A DNA stretch of 64,000 bases from an uncultured Alphaproteobacteria bacterium. GTDB lineage: Bacteria; Pseudomonadota; Alphaproteobacteria; Rhizobiales; Xanthobacteraceae. The notes below the pieces were generated by a model. That model had not been told where the DNA came from. It saw nothing but the letters and a program-made list of their open reading frames with translations, and searched no databases. Numbering within the stretch: position 1 is the first letter of the stretch; every line of letters starts with the position of its first letter. Below are positions 44,992-55,225 of this stretch, piece by piece. The stretch is taken from assembly GCA_963831505.1 (NCBI GenBank), contig CAWHQY010000017.1, positions 85,014 to 149,013 on the forward strand, written 5' to 3'. A program made the translations under genes and the position numbers.

Positions 44992-46199
44992 TTGAGATGA
45001 AACTCAACCAGCTTTCGGGAGACGTTCATCTGACCTATTGCACGAACATCCATGCCGGCCAGAGCTGGCAGGAAATTCGGGCAAGTCTTGATGAGTATGT
45101 TCCGGCCATCAAATCGACCATCGCCCCGAGCCAGCCGATGGGCATCGGACTGCGGCTTTCCGGCGAAGCTGCTGCTACTGTAAAGCAGCCGGAGACACTA
45201 GCTGCGTTCCGCGACCAACTGTCGGCGCTCGGCGCGTACGTTTTCACTATTAACGCCTTTCCTTTCGGGCCGTTTCACGGCGTCCGCGTGAAGGAGGACG
45301 TCTATCTGCCTGATTGGCGCGACCGCGAGCGTGTTGCATTCACGGCGAACAGTGCTGCGGTCCTTGCTGGAATCCTTCCCGACGGGATTGAGGGCAGTAT
45401 TTCGACGGTCCCGGGCGCCTTCAAACCGAACGGCCGGTCGAGCGAGGCCGTTGCGGCGATGGCACGCAATCTCATGATGGCGGTTGCTGATCTCGTGGAC
45501 CTGAAGCGCCGCACTGGCAAACACATTGCACTCGCCCTCGAGCCCGAGCCCTGTTGTTTCCTCGAAACGACGGATGAGAGCATAGCCTTCTTCGAAGGTG
45601 CGCTTTTGAGGCCGGAGACGCTTGATACGTTAGGCACCATCGTCGGCGTTGACCGCGGTGAGGCCGAGAGTCTGCTGCGCCGCCATCTCGGCATTTGTTA
45701 CGATGTCTGCCACGGCTCGGTTGAATATGAGGATACGGTCGCAGCGCTGGATCGTCTGCTTGCTGCAGGAATCGCGATCCCGAAAATCCAACTTTCGGCC
45801 GCCATGCGCGTCCCGGCGATGACAAAGGATCTGATCAACTCCGTCATGCGATACAATGACGGAGTCTATTTGCATCAATCCATCGTCCGGCGTGATGACA
45901 ACCTATCGCGTCATGTTGATCTGCCCGACGCAGTCGCTGCCTTCGGCGAAGGGCAGGCCGACGGGGAGTGGCGTATCCATTGCCACGTCCCTGTTTTCCT
46001 CGCCGATCTCGGCGAGATCAGCTCCACGCGCAGCGATCTCGTCGCGACGCTGGCGGCGCTGCGCCAGCGGACTCGCTCGTCCCACTTGGAAGTCGAAACC
46101 TACACCTGGGATGTTCTCCCCGACAACGTTCGAACCGGTTCGAAGTCGGCAGACATCGCGCGCGAGATCGCATTTTGCCGCCAGGAACTCGTGGGATGA
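44988..46199 (+). CDS. eboE: Metabolite traffic protein EboE (TIM-barrel, xylose isomerase-like)
   Basis: LTYCTNIH, NAFPFG.FH, VKEDVY.PDW, LEPEP.C, YLHQ, WRIHCHVP, LEVETYTW. Confidence 0.9.
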   Translation: MIEMKLNQLSGDVHLTYCTNIHAGQSWQEIRASLDEYVPAIKSTIAPSQPMGIGLRLSGEAAATVKQPETLAAFRDQLSALGAYVFTINAFPFGPFHGVRVKEDVYLPDWRDRERVAFTANSAAVLAGILPDGIEGSISTVPGAFKPNGRSSEAVAAMARNLMMAVADLVDLKRRTGKHIALALEPEPCCFLETTDESIAFFEGALLRPETLDTLGTIVGVDRGEAESLLRRHLGICYDVCHGSVEYEDTVAALDRLLAAGIAIPKIQLSAAMRVPAMTKDLINSVMRYNDGVYLHQSIVRRDDNLSRHVDLPDAVAAFGEGQADGEWRIHCHVPVFLADLGEISSTRSDLVATLAALRQRTRSSHLEVETYTWDVLPDNVRTGSKSADIAREIAFCRQELVG

Positions 46200-47074
46200 A
46201 TACCGCCGTCGTGCGAGTACCCAGCGCGCAGACCCTGTTGAGGCTGGGTCGGGTGTCCAATCTACCGACTGTGTGGACCAATGTCATTGCAGGCGCAACG
46301 ATTGCCAATACGGCCGCAACCGTTGCCGATATCGCGACCGTCGGACTTGCCATGACGGCATTCTACGTCGGCGGCATGTATCTCAACGACTTCTTCGACA
46401 AGGAGATCGATCCCAGGGAGCGTCCAGGTCGGCCGATTCACGCCGGTGACATTGGCGCAGCCACCGTCTCGGCGATCGGATTTGCGCTGCTTGCGGCGGG
46501 GGTTGCGTTGCTGGTGCCGTTCGGTCCTTTTACCGCGATCTGGGGTCTGGCGTTGGCAGTCGCCATCGTTCTGTACGACGTCTGGCACAAGGGTAACCGC
46601 TTTGCACCGGTCATCATGGGCCTGTGCAGGGCGTTGGTGTATTTGGGCACTGGCGCAGCGGTGAGCGGTAACGTTCTTCCGGCCCTGATCGTCGGCGCGA
46701 TCGCGCTTGCCGCACATGTTATTGGACTGACCTACGCCGCAAAGCAGGAAAACCTGAATCAGGTTGGCCGCCTGTGGCCGCTTGCCATCCTGGCCGGGCC
46801 TCTCCTGCTTGCCTTGTCCGGTGTCTCGACCGGGGGGCCTGTTGTCGTCGCGTCCCTGTTGTTGTGCGCGGCGGATATCGCCGCCGTACGACTGCTAGCG
46901 CGACGCGCCAGGGCGGATGCGGTGCCGCGCGCGGTTTCGATGCTGATCGCCGCCATCTGTCTGGTCGATGCCCTGGCTGTGGCGTTGCATGGGGGCGGTA
47001 TCGTTCTTACCTGCGTCTGCGCGAGCGGTTACCTTCTGACGCGGCTCTTCCAAGCGGCGATTCCAGGTACGTGA
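46196..47074 (+). CDS. eboC: EboC, UbiA-family prenyltransferase
   Basis: RVSNLPTVW, GGMYLNDFFD..ID..ERP.RPI, YD..HK, MGLCR; ATGA overlap with eboE. Confidence 0.87.
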   Translation: MNTAVVRVPSAQTLLRLGRVSNLPTVWTNVIAGATIANTAATVADIATVGLAMTAFYVGGMYLNDFFDKEIDPRERPGRPIHAGDIGAATVSAIGFALLAAGVALLVPFGPFTAIWGLALAVAIVLYDVWHKGNRFAPVIMGLCRALVYLGTGAAVSGNVLPALIVGAIALAAHVIGLTYAAKQENLNQVGRLWPLAILAGPLLLALSGVSTGGPVVVASLLLCAADIAAVRLLARRARADAVPRAVSMLIAAICLVDALAVALHGGGIVLTCVCASGYLLTRLFQAAIPGT

Positions 47075-47075
47075 G

Positions 47076-48011
47076 GTGCCGGCCTTGACAAGTAATTCTG
47101 GTCACAATGGGAGGGACGATGTCGCAGCAACGGTTTGCGAGGGCTTTCTCACCTTGGCTGATGAGTGGATTGCGCGTGCGGTTAGCGACAATGCGACGTC
47201 CTGGTTTCGCCGCGCCATCGAGAATGTCAGGGTCGCGCCCGACGGCAATGTGCTCGCTGCAGCTATCGGTCTTGCGCCGCGCCGCGTAGGCAAGGCTGAT
47301 CTGTCGCTGACCCCAGATGACAGGGCGCGGGCGAGGGCATTGCGGGCGGGACTCGATCCGAGCGACTGGAGCATCGATCAGCTGGCACGCAGCGCGTTGA
47401 TGGTAGCGAGCTACGGCGGAGACGACGCGGCATTCGCCGCAAATTTCGACGCGTTCTGCAGCACGGCCGAAATCAACGAATTGATCGCTCTTTGCAGGGG
47501 ACTTCCGGTCTATCCGGCCGCTGAACGGCTGGAGCCGCGAGCGCGGGAGGCGGTGCGATCGGGCATGAAGCCGGTCTTCGAGGCGGTCGCCCATCGCAAT
47601 CCATATCCCGTCGAATTCTTCAGCGAAGACGCCTGGAATCAGATGGTCGTAAAGGCGTTCTTCATCGGCTCGCGTCTGTGGCCGATCCAGCAACTCGACG
47701 AACGCGGCAATCCTCGGTTGGCGCGCATGCTGGTCGATCTTGCCCAGGAGAGATGGGCAGCCAGGCGGCCCGTGAGCGCCGAAGTCTGGCGTTGCGTCGC
47801 TCCCCATGCGGACGCCGAAGGGATTAGCGCGCTGGTCCGTGCGTTCGAAACGGGTGGGGAGAGGGAACGGCTCTCGGTGGCACTGGCGTTGCAGCAACCT
47901 GCATCACAACGCGTCGATGCCGCTTTCGGCCAGCAAGGCTTGAGAAATCAGCTTACGGATCTCCAATCGTATCTGGTAACGGAGAAGATCGATTGGACGT
48001 CGCTTGCATGA
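47076..48011 (+). CDS. eboA: EboA domain protein
   Basis: W..DQLAR, NPYP..FF.E.AWNQMV.KA.F, L.RML.D.A.ERWAA.R. Confidence 0.85.
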   Translation: MPALTSNSGHNGRDDVAATVCEGFLTLADEWIARAVSDNATSWFRRAIENVRVAPDGNVLAAAIGLAPRRVGKADLSLTPDDRARARALRAGLDPSDWSIDQLARSALMVASYGGDDAAFAANFDAFCSTAEINELIALCRGLPVYPAAERLEPRAREAVRSGMKPVFEAVAHRNPYPVEFFSEDAWNQMVVKAFFIGSRLWPIQQLDERGNPRLARMLVDLAQERWAARRPVSAEVWRCVAPHADAEGISALVRAFETGGERERLSVALALQQPASQRVDAAFGQQGLRNQLTDLQSYLVTEKIDWTSLA

Positions 48012-48394
48012 GCGAGACATTGCCGCGTCTCGCTCTGAGAATCCTGTCAGCGTTGCTGTCCCTTGCTGTTTTGATCCAATTCTTCATTGCGGGGATGGCC
48101 GCGGTGACGAATCCCGAATGGTGGATTTATCACAACGCATGGATTGGAATATTTCAGTGGCTCGTCGTGCCACTTCCAATCCTCGCCTTCCTTGGCGGTC
48201 GGCCACGCTATTGGCGCACTGCGTTTGCAACCATCCCAATGACCCAGGTTGCGTTGCAGTATGTATTGGCACATCGTGCGCTGGAAGGGCGATTGACCAC
48301 CGGAATCGGTCTGCATGCGGTTAATGGAGCCATTCTATTGATCGTGGCGACATTCCTGGCGATAGGCTGTGCTGATCGAAAGATGTCAGCGTAA
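48008..48394 (+). CDS. Small 4-TM membrane protein (DUF6220-like)
   Basis: QFFIAG...W..H...LH.VN pattern; ATGA overlap with eboA. Confidence 0.65.
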   Translation: MSETLPRLALRILSALLSLAVLIQFFIAGMAAVTNPEWWIYHNAWIGIFQWLVVPLPILAFLGGRPRYWRTAFATIPMTQVALQYVLAHRALEGRLTTGIGLHAVNGAILLIVATFLAIGCADRKMSA

Positions 48395-48611
48395 GCAAGG
48401 TGGACCGCGGAACTCACGTGAGGCTGGCGCGGCCGTTCCTTTCGGTCTTGTCCTTTCAATCTTGGATATTGTCCCGATCCTGTCTTGGACTACCCCGTTT
48501 CAGCTTTGGCTTTTCTAAGGTTGCAGCTCGAATAAAAGCTCCCAGGATTGTTCTTGGCCGCACATCCAACCAATAATTTAGCCGGCCGGAAACGAACAGG
48601 AGTCAACCAAT

Positions 48612-49022
48612 ATGAAAACTCGACGCTCGCCGCCTTTTGGGCGGCAGCATGCTTATGCTTGGGTATGCCCGTCGCGTCTGCGCAGCAGGTGCCGGCAACG
48701 CCGGCCGATGTTGCGCAAGCCGGGGGAAAGATAGCGGGCGCTCCGAAGTTGACGCTGACGGATTTATCCGTCGACGTTACAGCCGCGAACGACGATTCCG
48801 GGCGCATATTTGTGGTCGAGCGGCGCCGGTCGCGTCACAGTGGTTGACAGGAGCGGCAGGTAATGCCGGAACCATTTATTGATCTGAGCAACTTTAACCC
48901 GCTTGGTACCGATGTGCAGAGCGGATTTGTCGAGCAGGGGCTCTTGATCGGTCGCATTCCACCCAAAGTTCAAGGACAACGGCTACGTCCACTACGCGTC
49001 GCTTCCTTTCAACGGCGCCTCG
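48612..49022 (+). pseudogene. 5' fragment of a PQQ-dependent sugar dehydrogenase (GSDH family)
   Basis: aggag RBS, signal peptide, SGRIFVVER, PEPFIDL, EQGLL, AFHPKFKDNG..YVHY across shifted frames; truncated. Confidence 0.7.
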
Positions 49023-49044
49023 AGCCCGCGGGACAACTCGGCCA

Positions 49045-49379
49045 TGATCTTCGAGCTTCAGTCCGGAGAGGTTGAAACGCCGGTCGTCAAAAATTAAAGG
49101 AAACGGGGATCAACGGCTATCGCGGTGATGCCGACGCGATCGCCAATGGCAAGGAATTGTACACACCAAACTGCATCGTCTGTCACGGTGCTGATGGTGC
49201 CGGCATCGGTCCCACGATAGTCGGCAAGGACGTGGTCTAAACAGGTGCTGACGGACCCGGGGATGTTTGCTATTCTCTATGGTGCGGCCAGTGGCGCGAT
49301 GCAGTCGTTCCATTGCCGCGGCACGAAGCAGGATGAAATGCTCCGGATCATCGCCTATGTGAGGGCTCTGGACAAATGA
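49045..49379 (+). pseudogene. Cytochrome c(L)-like (MxaG/XoxG-type) fragment
   Basis: ETPVVK..ETG.NGY...AIANGKELY..NCIVCHG (49172-49186)..GIGP..TDPGMF..GAMQ..DEMLRIIAYVRAL; stops and indels; TGA overlaps the eboB ATG. Confidence 0.65.
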
Positions 49380-50506
49380 CAGAATCACCTCGTGGAATGT
49401 TCGCCTGCGACGCAGGTTCGCTTCAGGAACTGATGGCAGACAAGACGATCGCTTGTCCCTGTTGCAATGGCCCGTTGACCGCCGAGAAGCTCGCGCGTCT
49501 GCTCGCCGACGTACAGCGCCTCGCGGCTGTCGGGAAAGATCAACCGCACAACGGGTCGAACGGTGCGTCGAGAAATCAGCATGAGGGCATTATCATCGAT
49601 CCTCATGCCCATATGATATCGCGCACGACAGACGACTACGAAGCAATGGCCAAGGCCGGCATTGTCGCAGTCATCGAGCCGGCATTCTGGCTTGGGCAGC
49701 CCCGCACCAATGTCGGAAGCTACGCGGACTACTTCGCCATGATCTCCGGCTTTGAGCGATTCCGCGCCGGTCAGTTCGGCATCCGGCATTACTGTACGAT
49801 CGGCCTGAATCCGAAAGAAGCCAATAACGAGCATCTGGCTGAGGCGGTCATGGAGATGTTGCCGCGCTTTCTCGTCAAGGAAGGCGTCGTTGCCATGGGC
49901 GAGCTAGGTTACGATGAACAGACGCCCCTGGAAGACAAGGCGCTAAGGAGACAGATCGAACTGGCGAAGGAGTTCGACCTGCCGATCATGATTTACACCC
50001 CGCACCGCGACAAGCGGGCAGGGACATTACGCACCATGGACGTGCTGAAAGAGCATGAATTCGACCCTACACGCTGCGTGATCGACCATAACAACGAGGA
50101 GACGATTCGCGAGGTGCTTGATCGCGGCTACTGGTGCGCCTTTTCGATCTATCCTCAGACCAAGATGGGAAGCGATCGCATGGGAGTTGTCGTCGAGAGC
50201 TTCGGCCCCGAGAGGATCATCGTCGATTCTGCGTGCGACTGGGGCGTGTCGGACCCGCTAGCCGTTGCCAAGACGGCGCGGCTTATGGCGCAGCGTGGCA
50301 TAGGCCCCGATGCCATTCATCGGGTGGTCTACGCCAACGCGCTGGCCGCCTATGGATTGAACGGCGAGATGGACGAACAGCATTGGCTTGCGCCGGCGGC
50401 GATCGACCAGAGGACGTTATACGAGGGCAATTCGGTCCTGCGCGGCGGTCAGACGCCGCGTATCGAGCGGCCTGGACATTCAGCGGACGATTTGTTCATT
50501 AGCTGA
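49376..50506 (+). CDS. eboB: EboB, TatD-family hydrolase
   Basis: IDPHAHMISRTTDDY, EPAFWLGQPR, GLNPKEAN, GELGYD, IDHNNEET, DSACDWG.SDPL. Confidence 0.88.
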   Translation: MTESPRGMFACDAGSLQELMADKTIACPCCNGPLTAEKLARLLADVQRLAAVGKDQPHNGSNGASRNQHEGIIIDPHAHMISRTTDDYEAMAKAGIVAVIEPAFWLGQPRTNVGSYADYFAMISGFERFRAGQFGIRHYCTIGLNPKEANNEHLAEAVMEMLPRFLVKEGVVAMGELGYDEQTPLEDKALRRQIELAKEFDLPIMIYTPHRDKRAGTLRTMDVLKEHEFDPTRCVIDHNNEETIREVLDRGYWCAFSIYPQTKMGSDRMGVVVESFGPERIIVDSACDWGVSDPLAVAKTARLMAQRGIGPDAIHRVVYANALAAYGLNGEMDEQHWLAPAAIDQRTLYEGNSVLRGGQTPRIERPGHSADDLFIS

Positions 50507-50736
50507 AGTTTGGCGGCACGTCTTTTATACGACTACTACTCGTGGTGACGACTCCATCTGCTCCGGCTCGGGAAATTAGCAAATTTACTGGCCTGCAGGC
50601 GGACCTAAGGTTAGACTGAAGTAGCAAGGTGAGGATGCAAGGACGACCTGAAGTCGTTTCGGGCCCGGGTGACCGTAGGCCGCGGCGGCAGCAGGAACGA
50701 GCGTCAGAACAAACAAAACAAAACGAGCACGTGCAA

Positions 50737-51111
50737 ATGCGGAGGAATGGCGCGCGGGCGACGCTGTTTTACTGCTTGGCAGTTGTCGTGTCGTCGGTGT
50801 CGCCGGTCACGCTATCTGCGGCGGTTGCGGCCGGTGATGCGCGGCACGGCGAAACGATCTTCTTGCGATATTGCCAGGGCTGTCACGGCCCCGACGGCAG
50901 GGGTGGCGGCAAGGGCTTCATGCCACATGTCGGGCCGCTTGCCCGCAAAGGCTACATCGAGACCGTGCCCGACGAATATTTGGCTGCCGTGATAACCGAA
51001 GGAGGCCTCGCGGTCGGCAAGAGCGCATACATGCCGTCCTGGAGGACGACGCTGACGGAACAGGACATCGCGGACGTTATCGCATTTATTCGAACTTTCG
51101 TCGTCGAGTGA
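50737..51111 (+). CDS. Monoheme c-type cytochrome
   Basis: Signal peptide, YCQGCHG, MPSW, DI.DVIAFIR. Confidence 0.85.
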   Translation: MRRNGARATLFYCLAVVVSSVSPVTLSAAVAAGDARHGETIFLRYCQGCHGPDGRGGGKGFMPHVGPLARKGYIETVPDEYLAAVITEGGLAVGKSAYMPSWRTTLTEQDIADVIAFIRTFVVE

Positions 51112-51171
51112 GTCATTCACTCCAATAAGACCCGGACCACCGGGAAACAAACCGAAAGCAAGGAGGAACGC

Positions 51172-52827
51172 ATGAGAATGCTGACGTGGACGATGCTGGC
51201 TGCATTTGTCGCGGTTCTGCCAGCCGTCGGAGCAAAGGCCGATATGGACGCCAAGCCGGGTAGCGCCCAGGCGGGCGATTGGGTGAAGCGCACGCCTGTC
51301 ACCCCCAATCCCGACAAGGTAGTGGTGCCTTCAGGTTACAAGGTAGGAGTATTCAAGGCGGGCCTCGACACGCCGTCCTCCGCTGCCGTCGACAAGGATG
51401 ACAATCTGTGGGTCGCCATTTCCGGCCAGACGTTCAACACGATCGACACGCTCGATCCGCCGCACGTCAAGATTTTCGACAAGAGAGGAAACCTGATCAA
51501 AGAAGTCGGTCGCGACATCTTCAAGACTGTCATGAACGAGATCGGCTACTGCGCCGAGAACGACACGATGTATATCCCGGAATACGGCGAGAAGATCTGG
51601 GAGATGAAAGGCGTCGGCGGCGAACTCAAGCTCATCATCAAGGATCTGCCGATTGGCGACCACCGCAATGGCGGCATTACCTGCAAGGACGGCTATCTGT
51701 ATTTTGCGCTCGGCTTTCCCAGCAACAGCGGCTTTGCCGATCCCGACAATCATGGCTGGACCGACATCCCGAATGATCCATTCTGGGTCAAGCACAAGGA
51801 TGGCCTAGGGACGACCCCGCACGATCCGGTCTGCCGCGACATCGTTCACACCGGCCTCAACGTCCGCTCGTCGGACGGCCGGCTGACCGGTGCGCTCATG
51901 CCGGTCGGCGTACCCGCCAAGCCCGGCCAAGTCGTCAAGGCGCAGGTTCCCTGCGGCGGCTCCGTGATGCGGGTGAAGTTGGGCGACAAGGATGCCGACG
52001 GCATCTATCCGCACGAAAAGATGGAAGTCTACGCCATGGGCTTCCGCAACCAGTCCGGCGTCGCCTTCGGGCCAAAAGGAACCAAATGGGAGAACGCGCT
52101 CGCGGTTTCCGACAATGGCGCCAACGATGTCGGCCATCGCCGCGTCGCCAATGGCGCAGAGAAACTTTGGATCGTGACGGAAAAAGGTCAGGACGGCGGG
52201 TTCCCCGACAAGGAGGGGATGAACTTCGTCTCCAACAAGCGCTTCTCTCTGCTTCCCTACCTCGGTAACCCGGTCGACCGCCCTTACCCGCAGCTCTACA
52301 TCGGGGACAAGCCGTTCATCAAAGCCCCCGGTCCCTACCACTTCCAGCGCCACGTCGACGGCTACCGCGGCGTGCCGCTGATCGTCGCCAATCCGAATCC
52401 CAACGGCTACATCAACCCGGTACTGGAATGGGATACCAACAATCCGATCGATGGGATCGCGTGGAGCGCGTCGAACTTCGGCGCCAACAACAATCTGTTC
52501 GGGGCGGTATACGGGATCCTGGACACCGGCCCGGAGAGTCTGATCCCGACCTGGCCATTGGTGTTGCGGATAGAATTTCTCGAGCCGACGGGTGTCAAAT
52601 GGTCGAAATTTGCGCAGAACATCGATCCCGGGCCGAACGCCTATCAGAAGCCTGAGAACCGCGGTGGACTGGAGCGCCCGAACAGGGTGGTCTTCAGCAA
52701 CGACGGCAAGACGATGTATGTGGTAGATTACGGCGAGGTCTACACCAACTTCCAGATGCCGACGCCTTTCTACACTGTGGCGAAGTCTGGCGTGATCTGG
52801 ACGATCACCTATACGGGCGGCAACTAG
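51172..52827 (+). CDS. Secreted beta-propeller protein, glucose/sorbosone dehydrogenase-like
   Basis: aggagg RBS, signal peptide, P.GY.V.VF..GL.TP, GDH.N, YAMGFRN..G.AF, GLERP..V.FS.DG..MYVVDYG. Confidence 0.72.
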   Translation: MRMLTWTMLAAFVAVLPAVGAKADMDAKPGSAQAGDWVKRTPVTPNPDKVVVPSGYKVGVFKAGLDTPSSAAVDKDDNLWVAISGQTFNTIDTLDPPHVKIFDKRGNLIKEVGRDIFKTVMNEIGYCAENDTMYIPEYGEKIWEMKGVGGELKLIIKDLPIGDHRNGGITCKDGYLYFALGFPSNSGFADPDNHGWTDIPNDPFWVKHKDGLGTTPHDPVCRDIVHTGLNVRSSDGRLTGALMPVGVPAKPGQVVKAQVPCGGSVMRVKLGDKDADGIYPHEKMEVYAMGFRNQSGVAFGPKGTKWENALAVSDNGANDVGHRRVANGAEKLWIVTEKGQDGGFPDKEGMNFVSNKRFSLLPYLGNPVDRPYPQLYIGDKPFIKAPGPYHFQRHVDGYRGVPLIVANPNPNGYINPVLEWDTNNPIDGIAWSASNFGANNNLFGAVYGILDTGPESLIPTWPLVLRIEFLEPTGVKWSKFAQNIDPGPNAYQKPENRGGLERPNRVVFSNDGKTMYVVDYGEVYTNFQMPTPFYTVAKSGVIWTITYTGGN

Positions 52828-52930
52828 CCGTCGGTCCGGTCAGCTCTCGCGAGCCTGGCAAGAAGCAGCCACCGCGCGCCCGCCGCGCGGTAGGCAACCT
52901 CGAAGAAGCGCCCAGTAGATGAAGGTCAGC

Positions 52931-52966
52931 GGGTTTGTCGGGACCCTTCGCGGTCCCGACAAACCC
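52931..52966. terminator. Perfect 15-bp hairpin after the ebo/redox operon
   Basis: gggtttgtcgggacc-cttcgc-ggtcccgacaaaccc. Confidence 0.6.
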
Positions 52967-53287
52967 AGAAGTGGATATTGAGCAACAGCATTACGCGACG
53001 ATTAGTCTGTACGCTCTCAAGCGCATAAGTCCGCGCCAACGTTCCCATCCCGAAGTTATCGAGCGATCGGCACTGCGAGAGATTTGCAATCGTTTGAGCC
53101 GGCGGAGTCACGAGAGCTCGCCGAATTACATTGTTGCATTGCGATTGCCTAGATCAGCCATGCCGCCGCCACGAACGTCTCACGAAGGTATCGTGAAGAT
53201 CAGCGCGCCGAAGCGAAGCGCGTGATTGGCGTCGTTTGCGGGCGACCCTCGCAAGGCCTCAAGCACGATTAGCGAGAGTGTAGTCGG

Positions 53288-54348
53288 CTAGAGCAAAACG
53301 ACAATTTGAATTGTGAGGATTCCCATCGGGGACGGAATTGTGATTTACACTGCGTGCTGGGCAAGGAGGCCAGCACGCATGGTCAAGCCTTTGTCGGAGG
53401 ATTTGCGGATCAGGGTGGTTCGAGCGGTTGAAGGTGGAATGTCTCGGAATGCGGCCGCGGAACGGTTCGGCATATCGGTTGCGAGCGCGGTGCGCTTCGT
53501 CAAGGAATGGCGCGAGAACGGCGCGACCAAAGCCAAGCGGCTCGGCGGCGACCAGCGCTCCCAGCGCATCGAAGAGCACCATGAGGCGATCATGAGTGCG
53601 ATCGAGGCCAAGCCGGACATGACCTTGGTTGAGATCGCCGAGATGCTCGCATCCGAGCGGGCAGCTTCGTTTGCACCGAGTTCGATTTGGCGCTTTCTCG
53701 ACCGGCACGGCGTGACCTTCAAAAAAAAGCGCCCACGCCGCCGAGCAGGACCGGCCCGACGTCGCGGCGGCACGCGAGGCTTGGCGCGAACACGCGCCGC
53801 AGCTTGATCCCGAAAAGCTGGTCTTCATCGACGAGACCGGCGCCACGACCAACATGACGCGGCTCTACGGCCGCGCCGCGCGGCCAGCGCTGCCGCGCCG
53901 CGGTCCCGCACGGCCACTGGAAGACCACGACCTTCGTCGCCGCCTTGCGCCACACCGCCCTCACCGCGCCGATGGTCGCTCGACGGCGCGATGAACGGCG
54001 CCGCTTTCCGCGCTTATGTCGAACAGGTGCTGGCGCCGACGCTCACACCCGGCGACATCGTCGTGATGGACAATCTGCCGGCCCACAAGGTCGCAGGCGT
54101 GCGCGACCGCGATCGAGGCCCGCGGCGCCAGCCTTTTGCTGCTGCCGCCCTACACGCCCGATCTCAACCCGATCGAGCAGTCCTACGCCAAGCTCAAATC
54201 GAGCCTGCGCAAAGCCGCCGCCAGGACGCGTCGAGACCCTCCGGCACGCGATCGGCGACGCCATCCACCGCGCTTCGCGTCCAGACGAATGCGCCAACTA
54301 CTTCCGGGCCGCAGGATACGGTTCAACTTGATCAGAATCCCGCTCTAG
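53288..54348 (+). mobile_element. IS630-family insertion sequence (orfA 53379; orfB with several indels)
   Basis: CTAGAGC...GCTCTAG ends; SEDLRIRVV HTH, A8G slippery run 53721-53729, [27 protein letters not shown]. Confidence 0.88.
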
Positions 54349-54685
54349 GTGACGCGCTCAGCGATCTGCATGACCCACAATCGCAACGCTTTTCGCGCTG
54401 ACGACGCCGGCATGAGCGCGACGGCTTGGCCACCCGCGAAACATCATGATCATCGGAACGCTACGGATGAGCCTACGTGCGGATCTCAACTAACATCGCG
54501 TTGAGGTCCAGCGTGCATCGACCAAATGTCTCCATGCGTTGGAGACAGAAGTGGCCAATAACTGCTGACCGAGGCAGTGCTTGCGAGCATCGTGAAGCAC
54601 AACAAATGTATGTGAAACTCCGCAAGGGCCAACATGGCAGAACTTCGCGAGTGGCTTGAGGCGAGGACTGGGTCGCTACGCGGAC

Positions 54686-54864
54686 GCGCTGCTCGATCGC
54701 CTGACCCATCACTGTGACATCGTCGAGACCGGCAATGACAGCTGGCAATTCAAACGCCGCGACGACGATCATGCAATCCGCGCTCGTCTCGTCTCCGCAA
54801 TCCCGGCCAGCTCCGACGAGACGAGCTACCACCAAACCCACGCCGCTCAAGGGGGTCAAAATTG
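54686..54864 (+). mobile_element. IS21-family istB 3' fragment with partial terminal repeat
   Basis: ALLDRLTHHCDIVETGNDSWQFK; gggggtcaaaattgg end motif. Confidence 0.8.
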
Positions 54865-55030
54865 GGCTCTGACGCAATTTTGGTGCAGCGGTGATCATGT
54901 AGCACCTATCAAGCGAGCCTGTAGCAGGTTGAGCTTGGCGCGCCCGTACATCTGACGCTTAACGAGCTTGAGCGTGGTGATCTGACCTTCGGTCTGCCCG
55001 TTCGACCAAGATGTTGTAATCGCAGCGTGC
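54865..55030 (-). mobile_element. ISL3-family transposase 3' fragment and right end
   Basis: Minus strand reads WSNGQTEGQITTLKLVKRQMYGRAKLNLLQARL*; GGCTCT terminus. Confidence 0.8.
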
Positions 55031-55225
55031 AGCTCTCTGTTTAGGCTCAAACAGGCGTCTGTGTTTATTGCTGATTATTTCGCTCGCTACTTACGTTCGG
55101 GGCGCAGGTGGTGCAGGTCACGAAGTTGTTTTCCTGCGATTTACAATTCGCCTGTAACCTATTGATCTAAATTGGTGCCTCAAGTCCGATTTTTACACCT
55201 AAGTACCTGTAGTTGCTTGTTTACG

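Noticed and set aside
54933-54948. GGGCGCGCCA on the minus strand as attR of the tRNA-Arg island
   Set aside because: Short match inside the ISL3 coding motif YGRAK and in the wrong orientation.
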